Source: Rebecca billardiae RCC1528 (lineage: Eukaryota; Protista; Haptophyta). From it: 64,000 nucleotides of DNA. Position numbers and translations under genes: made by a program. The notes under the pieces are model-generated. The model searched no databases, was not told the origin of the DNA, and saw only the letters and a list, made by a program, of their open reading frames with translations. The stretch lies in assembly GCA_965240325.2 (NCBI GenBank), contig OZ251231.1, forward strand, positions 1,302,001 through 1,366,000. Reading direction: 5' to 3'. This document shows positions 61,300 to 64,000 of this stretch, in pieces; the first letter of the stretch is position 1; every line of letters begins with the position of its first letter.

Positions 61300-62244
61300 G
61301 GCCGCCGCGGGGACTAGCGGCCGGCGCGCGCGCGCAGGCAGGGCGAGGCCGAGAGGCGCTGGCGCGGCGCGAGCCGGCGCATGCGCGCGAGCGGGCGCAC
61401 CTGCTTGAGGTACTCGCCCTGCGCCATGCGCTCGACGACGGGCCGCTGGTCGCTCAGCCGGCGCGCCTCGTGCCGGCAGAGCGAGAGCGCGCGCCACTGC
61501 TGGCCCCGGCCTGCCGGCTGCGCAGCCGCGCACCAAGACCGACCGAGCGGAGCTCGGGGCGGTGGAACGAGGCGAGCGGCGCGTCGCGCCTGCCGCCGCG
61601 CGTGCGCGCCTGCTCCACCGCGCCGCCGTGCTCGCCCGCCGCCTCCTCCGCCGCGTCGGCCTCGAAGACGGCGGCTGCCAGCGGCAGGCTGAGCCGCGCG
61701 CGCTCACTCAGTGAGTCACTCACACTGTGAGTCACACCCGCGGTCGCCTCGACGGCCATCTATCCACAGCTGCTCGAGCTGCTGGAGGGCGCCGCGACGA
61801 TGGCGGCGCGGGCGCCCAGCGCGTCCGTTGCCGCGTCGCTCAGCTCGTCGAGCTCGGCGCCGCACTTCGCCAGCTTGGCGCCTAGCGCCTCCGCGTGTCA
61901 CGTGCTCGTGCACGTCAGCCTGCTGATACGCCGCCGCCCATCGGCACTTCTGGCATCTGCGCGCGCAGCTGCTGCAGCTCGACGGCGGAGTCGTCGCGGC
62001 TGGCGGCGAGGGTGCGCACCGCGTCGATTGCCGAGGCCTGCAGCCCGGTGATCGCCGCGTCGACGCGCGCGGCGATTTCCCCACGCAGCTCCTCGCGCCA
62101 CGTGGCCGCCGCTCGCGTGCAGGCAGCTGGGCGCCGCTGCGCGACCCAGGAACCGGCGCGCGTCGCAAGGCACTCCCTTGGACAGGCTCCGCAGTTGACG
62201 ACCTCTTTCACCTCGGCACGTGCCTTAAGTAGCTCTCTGATCAA
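61300..62244 (-). pseudogene. Fragmented coiled-coil coding remnant
   Basis: Protein-like segments (WREELRGEIAARVDAAITGLQ; HAEALGAKLAKCGAELDEL; VERMAQGEYLKQ followed by a gtgcgc donor) lie in different frames with stops. Confidence 0.3.
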
Positions 62245-62284
62245 GAGTGCCTTGCGTGCCGGGTAGCTCTCTGATCAGTAGGTT

Positions 62285-62392
62285 ACGACGCGGTGGATTC
62301 ATTCTCCTGATGGCTCATTGATGAATACCATTTGTCGTCACGAAGCGGTGGATTCGTTCTCCTGATGGCTCCTTGATGAATACCATTTGTCA
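62285..62392. repeat. Tandem duplication of a ~55-bp unit
   Basis: GCGGTGGATTCRTTCTCCTGATGGCTCMTTGATGAATACCATTTGTC occurs twice. Confidence 0.9.
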
Positions 62393-63097
62393 GATGGCGA
62401 CGATCAGGTAACGAGTGGTAAAGAGTCCGGTCATACGCGACCCGCTTCCTCTGCAATCCCAGCTTTCGGCATACGCGGGTACTACGATACATTATGGCCC
62501 GCGGTGAAGATAAATACGATGAGAGTCGTTGCGGCGGCGAGGCCATATTTATTTATTACTATGGTCACACATGAACGAGAGGCTACCCACAATTACCCTG
62601 CCTGGCGCACTTGGGCGTGGGTTTCGTTGATTCCTCTGTTCACTATTCAAGACGGCGGACGCGCCCTTTTTCGACGCTAATGCACCTGTAAGGGAGTCTC
62701 AAAATCGAAACTCGGTCTCCTCCAGCCCTAAAAAATCGCCCCCCGTCCCTTTTTTCTTGATCAAAGATCTTTTTGAAACGTGGTTCGGGCCCGCTGGTGC
62801 GGGCTCCACGCTGCGCGCTCCGCCCTGCACCGCGGGCCATATATACGTAAGGTCCCCGTAACTAGTGTGACAGGCTATACGATTGTCTGTCAGTGTCTAC
62901 CGGGCTGAGGGGCCGAACTCCCGTTCGTCTCTCAATCTCGATCTGACCATTCTGACCCGGTGTCTGTAGCTGAGTGTCCGCCGTATACCTTTTTCCTAGT
63001 AGCCGCCACTAGCCGTAGAACTCGAATTCACACGCACGGTTCTGAACTCTGATGGCGGGCATGCGCGATAAAGTAGCTACTCATAATCTATAGGCCG

Positions 63098-63176
<79 letters not shown>
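63098..63176. repeat. (CA)n(TA)n microsatellite
   Basis: Directly visible. Confidence 0.97.
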
Positions 63177-63177
<1 letters not shown>

Positions 63178-64000
63178 CTACAGTATATATATATAAGTGT
63201 ATGTCGTTATGTACATCACACGGCTTCGCGCGATGATACATCACAGATCATCAATAAAAGCGCTGCCTTGGCCACACGAACGAGCGGGGCTGAGCCTCAG
63301 GCGGGCAATGCGTGGCTCCACGTGTGTGATACTCTGTCTCTGGGTGCGAAAGCGCGTCGGGCGCGTGGGGGCGAGGCGGCGAGGCCGAGGCGCGTTTCTC
63401 GCTGTCTTTCCAGCTGACCATGCGCGCGCCCGCGCGCGCCACGCCGCACGCCCGCGCAGCTGAACTCTCGGCATGTTCGCGGGAAGTCGCTCGCCCAAGC
63501 CCTCACGCTCGCGCCGTCCATGACCATGGCCGCGCTGTGATGGCTCCGCGTGCGGAGTGCTGACTGACCGTGAGCCTCTCTCTCTCTGGCTGCGCATGAC
63601 GGCGCGGCAAGCAGCGCGCGCAGATCTGCGGGCGACGAGGCTGGGCGCCAGTCCTCGCAGTACGAGGCCGAGCGCGGACACTTCTGTTTTGCTCGCGACG
63701 AGGCTGGGCTTAGATCTGCGAGCGGCGAGTCCGCGACGATGGCGAGGTGGCATATGCTACGGGCGACGCCGCGCTCCTCTCTCGCCCGTGCTCGCAGTCG
63801 CCCTCGCGCTCCAGGCCGTCGGCCGACAGCACCCGCGGCGGCGCCGACGCGCACAGCGGCCCTCGCACTGCATCGATCGACGCGGCGGCGAGGCTGACAG
63901 ACAAAGGTCGCAATCCAGGGTGTCACGTGCCGTGGGGAGACTCTCCTTGTGCCCGCATTCGAGGGGAAAACGCCGAGGGCGTGCAAGGAGCGGCTGCTGC

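Noticed and set aside
63197-64000. Coding region at the right edge
   Set aside because: No frame gives a convincing protein or motif.

Overview
A very GC-rich, gene-dense eukaryotic nuclear window. The short (GC)n-rich GT/GC-AG introns and a cilium gene suggest a flagellated alga, probably a Pavlovales-type haptophyte such as Diacronema (inference only). Recognisable genes: a bromodomain protein, two GT92-like glycosyltransferases, MRE11, ETFDH, a stand-alone Asn-synthase-domain protein, CFAP44, a MYND finger protein and a GT14. The most unusual features are four. (1) A ~5,700-aa agglutinin-like membrane protein: signal peptide, 7 RCC1 blades, a ~2,450-aa Ser-Pro3 shaft, IPT/REJ/GPS domains, ~5 TM segments and a degenerate EF-hand pair. 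(2) A nested cluster of three different ~1.1-kb non-autonomous foldback transposons with ~400-bp TIRs, CAAGGG termini and exact 7-bp TSDs (P/Galileo-like). (3) TIR-less GT...AC elements with a terminal hairpin that sit in (TA)n microsatellites and form a seamless head-to-tail dimer. (4) An intronless EsV-1-7-type gene of nine 38-aa Cys/His repeats whose variation is concentrated at a few positions. A gene-free satellite region lies at about 57.5-61 kb. Most long Arg/Ala/Gly/Pro-rich ORFs in the track are shadow frames caused by the high GC content.
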